This document shows, piece after piece, positions 24,793 through 35,050 of a DNA stretch of 64,000 nt. The DNA is from an uncultured Prevotellaceae bacterium (GTDB lineage: Bacteria > Bacteroidota > Bacteroidia > Bacteroidales > Bacteroidaceae): NCBI GenBank assembly GCA_946415705.1, contig CAMKTN010000004.1, forward strand, positions 20,102 to 84,101, read 5' to 3'. The notes below the pieces were generated by a model that saw only the letters and a list, made by a program, of their open reading frames with translations, was not told the DNA's origin and ran no database searches. The position numbers and the translations under genes were made by a program. Each line of letters opens with the position of its first letter. The stretch's first letter is position 1.

Positions 24793-26841
24793 ATGGCTGA
24801 GAAAAACAATAAAACAAGCGAGAGCTTCCTGACCATCTCCGACCTGTGGCATCTGTGCGTCGCCCGATGGCGTTGGTTTGTGGTATCCATCGTCATCTGT
24901 CTGCTGTTTGCGGTCAGGCAAATCATGACAGCATCCTACGTATATAGCCGGTCTGCCTCTATCTTGCTACGTGAGGATGTCACAGGTAGCAACGCCACCG
25001 ATAAGAACTCCAGGGATTTCACTGATATAGGGTTTATCAAACAAAAGAGCAAATCATCCGATATCGTCCGACATTTCACATCGCTGGATGTTCTGATGGA
25101 AGTTGCCATGCGATCTGGCAAGCCCAAGACCGACGACGAGGTGATCTCGTATGCCGAAGCTATCCAGGACAGGTTGTCCGTAGAAAGTGATGGCAAGGAG
25201 TCGAACATCATTAACCTGACTTATCAGGATTCCTCTACCGCCGAAGCTGAGCGCGTGCTGAGCCTGATCATAAATGTCTATAACGAGAAATGGATACGCG
25301 ACAAACAGGAAAACATCCGCAGCACTTCCCGTTTCATTGATTCCAAGTTAGAGTTGTTGGAGAACGAGTTGAGCATCGTAGATGACAGCATTTCAGCCTA
25401 CAAGAGCCGTTATGGCATCACTGAGATTGAGAATGTGAGCAACATATACCTCCAGCAGCAGAGCCAGACGGATGCCGAGATCCTGAGATTGATGAACCAG
25501 AAGGCGATGGCTGAGTATATCCGCAGCCTGCTCGAGGACGAAAGCGCGCAGCAGCAACTGTTACTGGTCAATTCTGGCATCAACAACACCCTGATTGAAT
25601 CACAGATTACGCTCTACAACAACCTCCTGCTGCAGATGCAGAGCCACATGGAATACACGTCTGGTCAGAATCCGTTGATGATGAACCTTGAAAAAGAGCT
25701 GAACAGCTTACGCAAGAACATCCTATCCAATGTCATCAACCACATTCGCACCATTGACATCCAGCTGGCGTCCCTACAAGACTACCATGGCGAAACCTCC
25801 TCAAAGATTTCATCCAAGCCAACCCAGGCCAAGCATCTCATCTCTATTGAGCGCGAACAGAAGGTGAAGGAGAGTCTCTATCTCTATCTCCTTCAGAAGA
25901 AGGAGGAGAATGAAATCAGCCTCACCTACCAGTCCGCTCCTATTCGGGTGCTTGATATTCCTCATGGCAGCGGAAAGCCCACCTCACCCAAGAGGGGTAG
26001 AATTCTATTCGCAGCATTGTTGTTTGGTGCCTTTCTTCCTATCTCAGTCATATTCATACTTGCACTCTTGGATGAGAACGTTCGCGACCGCCAAGACATT
26101 GAACGCTGTGGGAACATTCCATTCCTTGGCGAAGTGCCGTTCTGCGGGAAGAGGAGGAGTGCGTTACGTGCCCTATTGCAGCGCTTCCGATTGAAACAAC
26201 AGAACAGCAAATTCATTGTGGTGGGTGCAGATAAGCAAGACCCTGTCAATGAGGCCTTCCGGATGATTCGCACCAGAATGAATACCGTTCATAGCGGTCA
26301 TCCTCTCCGGAATGTCTATATGGTCACATCAACCGAGGAGGCTGCGGGCAAGACCTTCGTAGCCATGAATTTGGCTTTGACACTCGCGATAGCAGGAAAG
26401 CGTGTGCTGTTCATCGATGGCGACCTGCGCAAACGGTGCGCCTCGCTCCAGTGGCATGCGCCGTCGCAAGGATTATCGGACTACCTGAATGGCAGCGTGA
26501 CGGAGCTGAAATCACTCCTCTTCCAGCCCGATGGATATCCCACGCTTGATATGCTCTCCGCCGGCACACTCCTGACGAATCCCACCGAGTTATTGGACAA
26601 CAAACGATTAAAGGACATGATCGGCCAACTCCAGCCGCAATATGATATTGTCATCATCGACACGCCATCATCTACGGTGTTGGCAGATGCTGAAATCATC
26701 GGCAGTCATGCAGACCAATACCTCTTTGTCGTTCGTGCCGGTTCCTTCAACCGCCGACGCCTGGCAGAGCTGGAAGAACCGACGGGCCAGAGTAAGCCGC
26801 AATATGTGATATTAAACGGAGTCGATAAAGATAAAAAATGA
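24793..26841 (+). CDS. Chain-length determinant / tyrosine-kinase-like (Wzc/GumC family) protein
   Basis: 682 aa. N-terminal Wzz-like region with two TM segments and a coiled coil. The C-terminal P-loop domain has VLFIDGDLRKR and DIVIIDTPS. Walker A is atypical (STEEAAGKT) and there is no C-terminal Tyr cluster. Confidence 0.8.
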   Translation: MAEKNNKTSESFLTISDLWHLCVARWRWFVVSIVICLLFAVRQIMTASYVYSRSASILLREDVTGSNATDKNSRDFTDIGFIKQKSKSSDIVRHFTSLDVLMEVAMRSGKPKTDDEVISYAEAIQDRLSVESDGKESNIINLTYQDSSTAEAERVLSLIINVYNEKWIRDKQENIRSTSRFIDSKLELLENELSIVDDSISAYKSRYGITEIENVSNIYLQQQSQTDAEILRLMNQKAMAEYIRSLLEDESAQQQLLLVNSGINNTLIESQITLYNNLLLQMQSHMEYTSGQNPLMMNLEKELNSLRKNILSNVINHIRTIDIQLASLQDYHGETSSKISSKPTQAKHLISIEREQKVKESLYLYLLQKKEENEISLTYQSAPIRVLDIPHGSGKPTSPKRGRILFAALLFGAFLPISVIFILALLDENVRDRQDIERCGNIPFLGEVPFCGKRRSALRALLQRFRLKQQNSKFIVVGADKQDPVNEAFRMIRTRMNTVHSGHPLRNVYMVTSTEEAAGKTFVAMNLALTLAIAGKRVLFIDGDLRKRCASLQWHAPSQGLSDYLNGSVTELKSLLFQPDGYPTLDMLSAGTLLTNPTELLDNKRLKDMIGQLQPQYDIVIIDTPSSTVLADAEIIGSHADQYLFVVRAGSFNRRRLAELEEPTGQSKPQYVILNGVDKDKK

Positions 26842-26847
26842 TACCTT

Positions 26848-27348
26848 ATGTTCTACGTTCATCCTTCCAGCTACATTGATGATGACGTCACGATTGGTGA
26901 CGGCACCTCCATCTGGTACTTCTGCCACGTGCAAAGTGGCGCCGTCATCGGCGAGAACTGCTCCATGGGGCAGAATGTCAACATCGGCAAAAACGTGAAA
27001 ATCGGCAATGGCGTTCGCATCCAGAACAATGTCTCGGTTTATGAAGGCGTGGAACTGGAGGACAATGTCTTCTGCGGCCCGTCGTGCGTATTCACGAATG
27101 TCCTGGTACCTCGTGCCCATTTCCCTGTACATGGCCAGTACCACAAGACCCTCATCAAGGAAGGTGCCTCGCTCGGTGCCAACTGCACCATCGTCTGCGG
27201 ACATACCGTAGGCCGTGGGGCCATGATTGCCGCCGGTGCCGTTGTCACGCACGATGTCCCCGACTTCGCCCTCATGGCTGGTGTACCAGCTCGCCAGATT
27301 GGCGTGGTCAATGAGCGTGGTGAGATTGTGGAAAGATGGAAAGATTGA
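26848..27348 (+). CDS. Hexapeptide-repeat N-acetyltransferase (WbpD/WlbB-like)
   Basis: 166 aa. Left-handed beta-helix repeats ([40 protein letters not shown]). Adjacent to a DegT-type aminotransferase. Confidence 0.8.
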   Translation: MFYVHPSSYIDDDVTIGDGTSIWYFCHVQSGAVIGENCSMGQNVNIGKNVKIGNGVRIQNNVSVYEGVELEDNVFCGPSCVFTNVLVPRAHFPVHGQYHKTLIKEGASLGANCTIVCGHTVGRGAMIAAGAVVTHDVPDFALMAGVPARQIGVVNERGEIVERWKD

Positions 27349-27350
27349 AG

Positions 27351-27376
27351 GCCCCCTGTGGTTCCCCAAGGGGGAC
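27351..27376. repeat. 26-nt hairpin element GCCCCCTGTGGTTCCCCAAGGGGGAC (second copy)
   Basis: Differs at one position from 21962-21987. Starts 3 nt after the acetyltransferase stop and is followed by an octamer array. Confidence 0.8.
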
Positions 27377-27435
27377 AATTGAAAATTGAGAATTGAAAAT
27401 TGAGAATTGAAAATTGAGAATTGAGAGATTGAAAT
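27377..27435. repeat. 8-nt tandem array (AATTGAAA / AATTGAGA; reverse complement of the prmC array unit)
   Basis: aattgaaaattgagaattgaaaattgagaattgaaaattgagaattgagagattgaaat ends 2 nt before the aminotransferase ATG. Confidence 0.9.
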
Positions 27436-27437
27436 AT

Positions 27438-28577
27438 ATGCAATTCAGAGATTTAGGAAAACAATATCAGACGTTAAAGGCCGATATTGATCAGGCGATG
27501 CTCAGCGTAGCGTCGGAGGCCCATTACATTATGGGGCCGCAAGTGAAAGAACTCGAGCGCGAGCTGGCCGAGTATGTAGGTGTGAAGCATTGTATCACCT
27601 GTGCCAACGGCACGGACGCCCTTACATTAGCCTTGAAGGCATGGGGTATCGGTCCCGGTGATGCCGTCTTCGTTCCCGACTTCACCTTCTTCTCGTCGGC
27701 CGAAGTCGTGGCCCTCGAAGGAGCCACCCCCGTTTTTGTCGATGTCGATGCCGACACCTTTAATATCAATGCCGCCAGCCTGGAGAAGGCCATCAAGGAA
27801 ACCTTGGCAGAAGGCAGTTTAACGCCGAAGGTCGTGGTGACCGTAGATTTATACGGCCTGCCCGCCAACTATCCCGCCGTGAAGGAAGTGGCCAAGCAGT
27901 ATGGCTTGCTCATTCTGGAGGACGGCGCCCAGGGCTTCGGTGGTAGCATCAACGGTCAGAAGGCCTGCTCCTTCGGCGACATCAGCACCACCTCCTTCTT
28001 CCCCGCCAAGCCCCTAGGCTGCTATGGCGACGGCGGTGCCGTCTTCACCGACAACGACGAATGGGCAGCGCTGTTGGAATCCTACCGCGTACATGGCAAG
28101 GGCACAGACAAGTATGACAATGTGCGTATTGGCATGAACTCGCGCCTTGATACCCTTCAGGCTGCTATCCTTCAGGTGAAACTTCACGCCTTTGACGATG
28201 AAGTGGAACGTGTGAACCAGGTCGCAGACACCTATACCCGTTTGCTTGCTGGTCACGTGAAGACACCCGTCATCCCCAAGGGTTTCCGTTCCAGCTGGGC
28301 ACAATATACTATTCAGTTGCCTACCGAGGCTGCGCGCAACGGCCTGCAGGCCGCCCTGAAGGCTGCCGGCATCCCCTCGATGGTCTATTATCCGAAGACC
28401 ATGCATGAGCAGACGGCCTTCCAGAATGCAGATGTCAAGCGTCCTGCTTCACGACAGGGTTACGACCAGTACGTGGCCACCCGCCTCTGCCGCACTGTCC
28501 TCTCGCTGCCCATGCACCCCTATTTAGAAACCTCAGACATCGAGGCCATCTGCGCCACGCTGATTGCAAATATCTAA
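27438..28577 (+). CDS. DegT/DnrJ/EryC1/StrS-family aminotransferase (WbpE-like)
   Basis: Start at MQFRDLGKQYQ. YIMGPQVKELE, CANGTDAL, the DISTTSFFPAKPLG lysine motif, and RLDTLQAAIL. Confidence 0.88.
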   Translation: MQFRDLGKQYQTLKADIDQAMLSVASEAHYIMGPQVKELERELAEYVGVKHCITCANGTDALTLALKAWGIGPGDAVFVPDFTFFSSAEVVALEGATPVFVDVDADTFNINAASLEKAIKETLAEGSLTPKVVVTVDLYGLPANYPAVKEVAKQYGLLILEDGAQGFGGSINGQKACSFGDISTTSFFPAKPLGCYGDGGAVFTDNDEWAALLESYRVHGKGTDKYDNVRIGMNSRLDTLQAAILQVKLHAFDDEVERVNQVADTYTRLLAGHVKTPVIPKGFRSSWAQYTIQLPTEAARNGLQAALKAAGIPSMVYYPKTMHEQTAFQNADVKRPASRQGYDQYVATRLCRTVLSLPMHPYLETSDIEAICATLIANI

Positions 28578-28583
28578 CCCTTT

Positions 28584-29483
28584 ATGCGCACTGTTGTTAA
28601 GGAAAGACTGAATAATATTCCTCGGCTGAACGACCGACTGGATGAGTGGAACCTGGAGATGGAAGTCGGCGATCGGCTGGAGTGCTATGCCCTCACCGCT
28701 CAGCAGGAGCACCGGTCCATCGTTAAGAGATACCCGTTGGGGCTGGGCAACCTCTTCGTTCCCATCTCTTACATCTGGTACGGTATGCTACCCAAGATTT
28801 CATTTACACGCGGCTTTTACTTCCTCGTCTCGGGTGAAACCCGTCGTTCGTACAGCCACACCGAAATCCTTGGACGTCTCTGTCGCGCAGGCTTCCGCAT
28901 CGTCAGCGAGAAGAACCGCCACGGCTATCTGAATGTCGTTGCCGAGAAGAGGTCCGAGCCCCTCCCCCGCAATGATTCCACGACCTCCGCGATTCTGAAG
29001 ATTCCGCGTGTCGGTAAGGATGGTAAGCTGGTGAAAGTCTATAAGTTCCGCACGATGTACAGCTACTCCCAGTATCTACAGGATTATGTCTATGAGCGAA
29101 ACAAGCTGAATGAAAGCGGCAAGCTGACCAATGACTTCCGTGTGAATTTCTGGGGTCGTTGGATGCGTCCCATCTGGGTCGATGAACTGCCGATGCTGTG
29201 GAATGTCATCAAGGGCGACATGAAATGGGTCGGTGTTCGTCCGTTGTCGGAACACTTCTTCTCGCTCTATACGCCCGAGATGCAGAAGCTCCGCACGCGT
29301 GTCAAGCCCGGCATGCTCCCCCCGTTCTACTATGAGAAGAAAACGCCCGTAGGTCTCGATGAGATTCAGGCCTCGGAGCGTCGTTATATCGAAGCCTATC
29401 TGAAGAACCCGTTCCTGACCGACTGGCGTTACTTCTGGGGTACCCTCGCAAACATTCTTTTCCGCAGAAAATCAAGTAAATAA
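28584..29483 (+). CDS. Bacterial sugar transferase (initiating phosphoglycosyl transferase)
   Basis: The C-terminal 170 aa carry KVYKFRTMY, DELPMLWNVIKGDMKWVGVRP and KPGMLP. The N-terminal 130 aa are atypical. Confidence 0.8.
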   Translation: MRTVVKERLNNIPRLNDRLDEWNLEMEVGDRLECYALTAQQEHRSIVKRYPLGLGNLFVPISYIWYGMLPKISFTRGFYFLVSGETRRSYSHTEILGRLCRAGFRIVSEKNRHGYLNVVAEKRSEPLPRNDSTTSAILKIPRVGKDGKLVKVYKFRTMYSYSQYLQDYVYERNKLNESGKLTNDFRVNFWGRWMRPIWVDELPMLWNVIKGDMKWVGVRPLSEHFFSLYTPEMQKLRTRVKPGMLPPFYYEKKTPVGLDEIQASERRYIEAYLKNPFLTDWRYFWGTLANILFRRKSSK

Positions 29484-29516
29484 CAATTCCACTTTATTAA
29501 CTAACAACAATCAATT

Positions 29517-31688
29517 ATGAAAACTAATTTAAAAATGTTCGCAAGCACATGCGTGTATGCATGTATTGCATTGATGGTGTCTTCGTGTGACAAAGACACC
29601 TTCTTTGAGCCCAAAGATGATGGAAACAAGACAGTTGAGTCCGAAGCTAATGACTTCGATTTCTCGACGACACGTGCCGTGGATCTGATCGTCGATTATT
29701 CAGCGTTTGATACCTATGGTCCTGTACGATTCAGTATTTATGACACGAACCCCGTCGTCAATGAAAACACGGAGGACGCTTATGTCAGCAAAAACATTAA
29801 GCCAATTCTTGAGGTCTATACAGACGAAAGAGGCAAGTTTGACCAAACCATCGACCTGCCGGCCTACGCCAAGGTGCTTCACATCGTAACTGGTAACCTC
29901 GCCATAGGCTTCGATCACTCCTTGGTTGAGGTGATCAACAATGAGGCTAAGCTCGTGGTCAAGAACGATGGTTCGACAATGCTTGCTACAAAAGGCATCC
30001 TCCGCGCCCCTGGCCCCGGCGAGTCAACCGACGTCCTGGGAAAACTGAGGAGCACGGCCTTCGAGGTGAACACAAGCGGTGAGATCACAGGAGTGCAGGT
30101 TTACAAGGAATGGGGAACACCCTTAGGCACCTGGAACACCGCCAGCGGTCGCCCCGACTATCGGATGACCGAACAGCAAAAAGCCAGCAAGGGCAGTCTG
30201 GTACTCTCTGACAAGGAAGTCGAAGGCATGTATAATGTCGCATGTAATATCCTTCCCAATAACAGCGGCCAAGACAATTCACAGTATCGCACCGCTGCCG
30301 ACGTGATGCTGAAGGATAATTCTGAAATTACCATTACCGCATTGGGCAGCTTCACGTGCTGGAACACCACGCTCGGCTATTATTATTACAATGAGGAGAC
30401 CTGGCCTATCGACCACATGGATTTGAACCCCATCATGCTGTTCCCCAACACTCAAGATGGTATGAGATATGGCACAGCAGGAGATTATCAGGGCAATATC
30501 GGTTCTGTGCGCGGCGATGTGATTCAGCTGGTGTACTATCCTCATATTACAGACTCTGATCCCAATGTGAAGTACTCTGAGCCGACCACAACGTTCCCCA
30601 AAGGCACCCGAATTGGCTTTATTATCAGAACTAACGGCTGGGGCATGATGGGTAAGGAGTATGCTACAAAACAGAAACCAACCAGTAGCCCGTACAACAA
30701 AGCATTGAATATATGGGTGTCTTCAACCGAAGGCATGTCATATGCCAATGCAAACTTAGGTTCGTCTTTCAAATATCCCAATCGCACCGGCGAGGCCCGC
30801 ACCGCAATGTTTTCATATACCACGGATGAAAACATGAAGTATTGTATCCTGTCATTCGAGGATGCTTGTGACGACACCGACTATAACGATTTGATTTTTG
30901 CCCTTAATCCTGCCAGTGTCCTGTTAGGCCTGAACGATGTGGAAAAGGACAAGACCACGAAATCTGGTGTCTATGCTTTTGAGGACAGATGGCCTTCCCA
31001 CAGTGATTACGATATGAACGACATCATGATAGATTGTAAACACGAGATCTTCTACAACTCAAAAGGAAAAGTGATTAAAGAGGCCTACAACCTAACCACT
31101 TATCAGAACGAGGTGGCTGATGTCAGCGGTCTTGCACTCAGACTGAACACCAAAGTCACGCCCAGTAGTATAGTCATGAAAAAGAAAGCTGCCGGCAGCA
31201 ATGTTGAGGAAATAGTAACATTTGCCCAAGACGACCAGGAAAGGAATGTGTACTATCTGACGGATCATATAACCCGGGAAATAAACAGCACCTATATCTT
31301 AGAACTGTCCTACTCCACACCACAGGCAATTAGCAAAGTAGCAGAGATTGAGCCCTTCATCTATGGTACCAGAAAGAACAAAGACGAAGAATACACAAGA
31401 TGGGAGGTTCATCTTCCGGGTTATGGACCAACCGCAAAAATGGACAGAAGTTACTTCAGGACATACGACGACTTCTCAGTATTCCATGATGGCGGCTGGT
31501 ATAAGAGCAACTGCGAATATCCCTTTGGTTTCTATTTGGATAAGGCTACTATTGAAGATTTCTTCGATACCATTCTTGATCCTGCCAACGAAAGCCGTCC
31601 TATTAGTGAGTTCTATCCGGGATTCATCCCCTGGTCTAACAGCAAGGGTGCAACGCACGCAGACTGGTATCTGAATCCCAACAAATAA
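29517..31688 (+). CDS. LruC-domain (DUF4842) lipoprotein
   Basis: 723 aa. Lipobox MVSSC. DUF4114-like EDACDDTDYNDLIFALNP, then the LruC signature AFEDRWPSHSDYDMNDIMI. Confidence 0.75.
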   Translation: MKTNLKMFASTCVYACIALMVSSCDKDTFFEPKDDGNKTVESEANDFDFSTTRAVDLIVDYSAFDTYGPVRFSIYDTNPVVNENTEDAYVSKNIKPILEVYTDERGKFDQTIDLPAYAKVLHIVTGNLAIGFDHSLVEVINNEAKLVVKNDGSTMLATKGILRAPGPGESTDVLGKLRSTAFEVNTSGEITGVQVYKEWGTPLGTWNTASGRPDYRMTEQQKASKGSLVLSDKEVEGMYNVACNILPNNSGQDNSQYRTAADVMLKDNSEITITALGSFTCWNTTLGYYYYNEETWPIDHMDLNPIMLFPNTQDGMRYGTAGDYQGNIGSVRGDVIQLVYYPHITDSDPNVKYSEPTTTFPKGTRIGFIIRTNGWGMMGKEYATKQKPTSSPYNKALNIWVSSTEGMSYANANLGSSFKYPNRTGEARTAMFSYTTDENMKYCILSFEDACDDTDYNDLIFALNPASVLLGLNDVEKDKTTKSGVYAFEDRWPSHSDYDMNDIMIDCKHEIFYNSKGKVIKEAYNLTTYQNEVADVSGLALRLNTKVTPSSIVMKKKAAGSNVEEIVTFAQDDQERNVYYLTDHITREINSTYILELSYSTPQAISKVAEIEPFIYGTRKNKDEEYTRWEVHLPGYGPTAKMDRSYFRTYDDFSVFHDGGWYKSNCEYPFGFYLDKATIEDFFDTILDPANESRPISEFYPGFIPWSNSKGATHADWYLNPNK

Positions 31689-31717
31689 GACAAGAATCAT
31701 CCAATCATATTGACACT

Positions 31718-32695
31718 ATGAAACTAAGTGTTGTCATACCAGTTTACAAGGTAGAGCCCTATCTGGAACGTTGCGTCCGCTCTGTCTATCGACAGACATT
31801 CCGTGACATGGAAATTATCATGGTAGATGACGGCAGTCCGGACAATAGCGGCAAACTGGCAGACCGGTTGGCAACGGAGGACACGCGCGCCCGTGTGATT
31901 CACCAGGAGAACCAAGGTCTCTCCGGGGCGAGGAACACGGGCCTGCGCGCGGCCCAAGGTGATTATGTGGTGTTCCTGGATTCGGATGATGAATGGATCA
32001 TAGAAGATGGTATAGAACAGTTGCTTCGTCATGAAGGAGCGGATCTTATCATCTTCAAGGCCGTGCATATCTGGAAGGACCGCAAAGAGTTAGTGCCAGA
32101 CTATGACCTCGCCTACCTCTCAGGCCTTCCAGATACGCAGGCTATATTCTCCCTTCTGGTTCTGACCCGGCAGTTTCAGGTGAGCGCCTGCAAATTGATG
32201 GTCAGAAGACAGCTGCTCATTGATGACAAACTATTTTTCCAGCCCAGACTGATTAACGAAGATATCCCTTGGAGTTTCCGCCTGTGGCAGATAGCCACCC
32301 AAGTGGTGTTTACGAACTTGAACTTCTACGGCAACCACCACAGACCTGGAAGTATTACTCAGACAACGGACATCCGTTCCTATCAGAGCTATGACAAGAT
32401 ATTCACCCAATGGAAAGAAGAATGCAAGAAGGGATGCGTCAATGCAGACGCCATCCGTGTCTATTTGGCCAATCTGTGGGTGAGTGGCGGCTATTTCTAT
32501 TACCAGTTGTCCGCCGCACAAAAGAAAACGGCGTTAGAAATACTTAAACGCCATCAGGATTTACTGACCTTTGCAAATTCTCCGAAAGCAAAAGCCACGA
32601 AGACTTTAATACGGATTATGGGAGTAAGGGCTGCGATGACGCTCTTGGGACTGTACAAGAGGGCGCGGTTGGCAATGGCAAAAAATGTTGTATAG
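31718..32695 (+). CDS. Family 2 glycosyltransferase
   Basis: LSVVIPVYKVEPYLERC, IIMVDDGSPDNS, FLDSDD. Confidence 0.88.
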   Translation: MKLSVVIPVYKVEPYLERCVRSVYRQTFRDMEIIMVDDGSPDNSGKLADRLATEDTRARVIHQENQGLSGARNTGLRAAQGDYVVFLDSDDEWIIEDGIEQLLRHEGADLIIFKAVHIWKDRKELVPDYDLAYLSGLPDTQAIFSLLVLTRQFQVSACKLMVRRQLLIDDKLFFQPRLINEDIPWSFRLWQIATQVVFTNLNFYGNHHRPGSITQTTDIRSYQSYDKIFTQWKEECKKGCVNADAIRVYLANLWVSGGYFYYQLSAAQKKTALEILKRHQDLLTFANSPKAKATKTLIRIMGVRAAMTLLGLYKRARLAMAKNVV

Positions 32696-34031
32696 GCTGC
32701 ATAACAATATTCTTATTGTCGGATTGCTGACAATCGGCATATTGGCTGCATTGTCATCCGGCCGTGCCTTCAGTGAAGTTACTGTTGTCACGGTTTTTGC
32801 CTTTATCTCTCAGCTATCTATATTAATATGGTACGTGAGAGATGAAAACAGGGAGTTTTCAGAAAAGACACTATTCACTACCGTTCTGGTCTATGGATTC
32901 ATTCTGGGTACAATCATTTCCTTACTATTCTTTTTCTGTAAAGACAAGTCGATACAGTTTGATGACCCCGATGCACTTTTCTATTATCAGGAAGGAATAA
33001 AGTCTGCGGATTTAGGCTTTCAGGAAAACGCGAGGCGAATTATTGCCACATGGGATGCTGATGACTGGAGCGCCCTGTTATTCAGCGCGCTGTTGATGTC
33101 CATCATCCCTAACAGTTTTTTCATGAATGTCACACATGTGATTACAGGTGCTCTTTCGTCAGTCATGCTATATCGCATGGGGCAACATTTCATGCCTAAG
33201 AAATATGCCTACCTGTCAGCGCTTGGCTATGGCACTTCTTCATACCTTATTCTATTGCATTGCACATACCTGAAGGAGTCTGTCTTCACATTCTTCGTGA
33301 TAGCGTCCATGTACTTCTTCTATAGGTCTGTGGCAGAGGGCAGTCACAAATCATTGCTCTATGTGTTTGTGTGCCTCTTTGTCGTCTTTTTCTACCGTCC
33401 TGCAGTAAGTGCCTTTCTCATTTTGTCCTTTGTCTCATACTATGCCATTACCAAGAGAGGCAGCGCCGTGTCTTTCTTCTTGTATTTTGCAATAGCCCTG
33501 GGAATGGCTGTTTCTGTCGCATTCCTTCAAAGCCAAGTGGATAGCTATACGGCGGGAGGAAACAGTGAAGCGATGCTTGCCGAGAACGGATCTGCCAATT
33601 ATTCGGGCGGATTTAACTATTTTGTAGGATGGTTTGCCTCATTGTTTGGCCCCTTCCCCTCTCTGTTTCCTTTGGGATCAGCAGAGTTTACGCCCATGAA
33701 TTTTTACGGCGCGGGATTAACATACAAGTTGTTTTTAATCTTTCCCATGTGGTTCGGCGTGTATTGGGCGGTTAAACGCTTCAATCTGTTGATGCTTCCC
33801 ATTGTTGTGTTTTTCTTAGTTGAAATGGCAGCAGCAGCATACGTATTAGCCAGCTTTGAACTCCGCAAGGTGATGTTACACATTCCTTGTACTTTCATCT
33901 TAGCCTTTTATGGTCTTTATCAATTAGAGAAGCAAGAAATGAGTGAGCGTTTCATGTATGTAATGAGAGTATTAGTTTACTCCTTTCCTATAGGCGTATT
34001 AGTATTATGGAATCTAATCAGAGTAAAATGA
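32685..34031 (+). CDS. Polytopic membrane protein, candidate polymerase (Wzy-like) or GT-C enzyme
   Basis: 448 aa with ten or more hydrophobic helices and one larger loop. Embedded between glycosyltransferases, and no other polymerase candidate is present in the locus. Confidence 0.55.
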   Translation: MLYRLHNNILIVGLLTIGILAALSSGRAFSEVTVVTVFAFISQLSILIWYVRDENREFSEKTLFTTVLVYGFILGTIISLLFFFCKDKSIQFDDPDALFYYQEGIKSADLGFQENARRIIATWDADDWSALLFSALLMSIIPNSFFMNVTHVITGALSSVMLYRMGQHFMPKKYAYLSALGYGTSSYLILLHCTYLKESVFTFFVIASMYFFYRSVAEGSHKSLLYVFVCLFVVFFYRPAVSAFLILSFVSYYAITKRGSAVSFFLYFAIALGMAVSVAFLQSQVDSYTAGGNSEAMLAENGSANYSGGFNYFVGWFASLFGPFPSLFPLGSAEFTPMNFYGAGLTYKLFLIFPMWFGVYWAVKRFNLLMLPIVVFFLVEMAAAAYVLASFELRKVMLHIPCTFILAFYGLYQLEKQEMSERFMYVMRVLVYSFPIGVLVLWNLIRVK

Positions 34032-35050
34032 CAAATAATAAAATTCTTATTACCGGTGGAGCCGGATTTATTGGTAGTAACCTGTGTGAGCACTTCGTCC
34101 GGAATGGCTACGAAGTGGTCTGTCTGGACAACCTTTCCACAGGGTTCCTTCACAACATTGAGCCGTTGATGGAATTGCCGAATTTCCATTTTATGGAAGG
34201 CGATATCCGCAACATCGAGGATTGTCGTAAGGCAGTCAAAGGGTGCGATGTGGTATTGCACGAGGCCGCTCTCGGTTCTGTACCTCGTAGTATTAACGAC
34301 CCCATTACAACGAACAGCAATAATATCGACGGTTTCCTGAACATGCTTGTCGCTGCCCGTGACGAAGGCGTGAAGCGTTTTGTCTATGCAGCCAGTTCCT
34401 CCACATACGGCGACAGCAAGGAACTGCCTAAGATAGAACATAACATCGGACGCCCGCTCTCACCATACGCCATCACCAAGTTCGTGAACGAACTATATGC
34501 CAATGTGTTCTCATCACTCTATGGTGTAGAGACCATCGGACTGCGCTATTTTAATGTCTTTGGCCGCCGACAGGATCCTAATGGTGCTTATGCTGCCGTC
34601 ATCCCTTTGTGGGTGAAAGCACTGATTCACCATGAATCACCATATATCAATGGTGACGGCTCCTACTCCCGAGACTTCACCTATATAGACAATGTGATCC
34701 AAGCCAATTATCTGGCAGCTACGTTGCCTAAAGAAGAGATTGTTTCGAGGGCTACGACATACAATATGAACCTACCTGAGAATGCGCCGATAGACTTGGT
34801 GTTTAATGTGGCCTACGGCGGTAATACGACACTGATAGACCTCTTCAAATGCCTGCGGGAGAATCTTGCACAGTTCGACCCGGAGATCGCCAAAATAGAG
34901 CCTACCTTCCGCGCCAACCGTGCGGGAGATATCCCTCACTCACAAGCTTCTATTCTGAAAGCCCAAAGGGTATTGGGCTATGCACCTAAGTTTGATGCCC
35001 GCGCCGGTTTCGCAGCTGCTTGCAAATGGTATTGGGAGAACATGCAATGA
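34028..35050 (+). CDS. NAD-dependent nucleotide-sugar 4-epimerase (WbpP/TviC-like SDR)
   Basis: Start at MTNNKILITGGAGFIGSNL. Catalytic YAITK. C-terminal DIPHSQASILKA typical of the TviC/WbpP group. Confidence 0.85.
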   Translation: MTNNKILITGGAGFIGSNLCEHFVRNGYEVVCLDNLSTGFLHNIEPLMELPNFHFMEGDIRNIEDCRKAVKGCDVVLHEAALGSVPRSINDPITTNSNNIDGFLNMLVAARDEGVKRFVYAASSSTYGDSKELPKIEHNIGRPLSPYAITKFVNELYANVFSSLYGVETIGLRYFNVFGRRQDPNGAYAAVIPLWVKALIHHESPYINGDGSYSRDFTYIDNVIQANYLAATLPKEEIVSRATTYNMNLPENAPIDLVFNVAYGGNTTLIDLFKCLRENLAQFDPEIAKIEPTFRANRAGDIPHSQASILKAQRVLGYAPKFDARAGFAAACKWYWENMQ

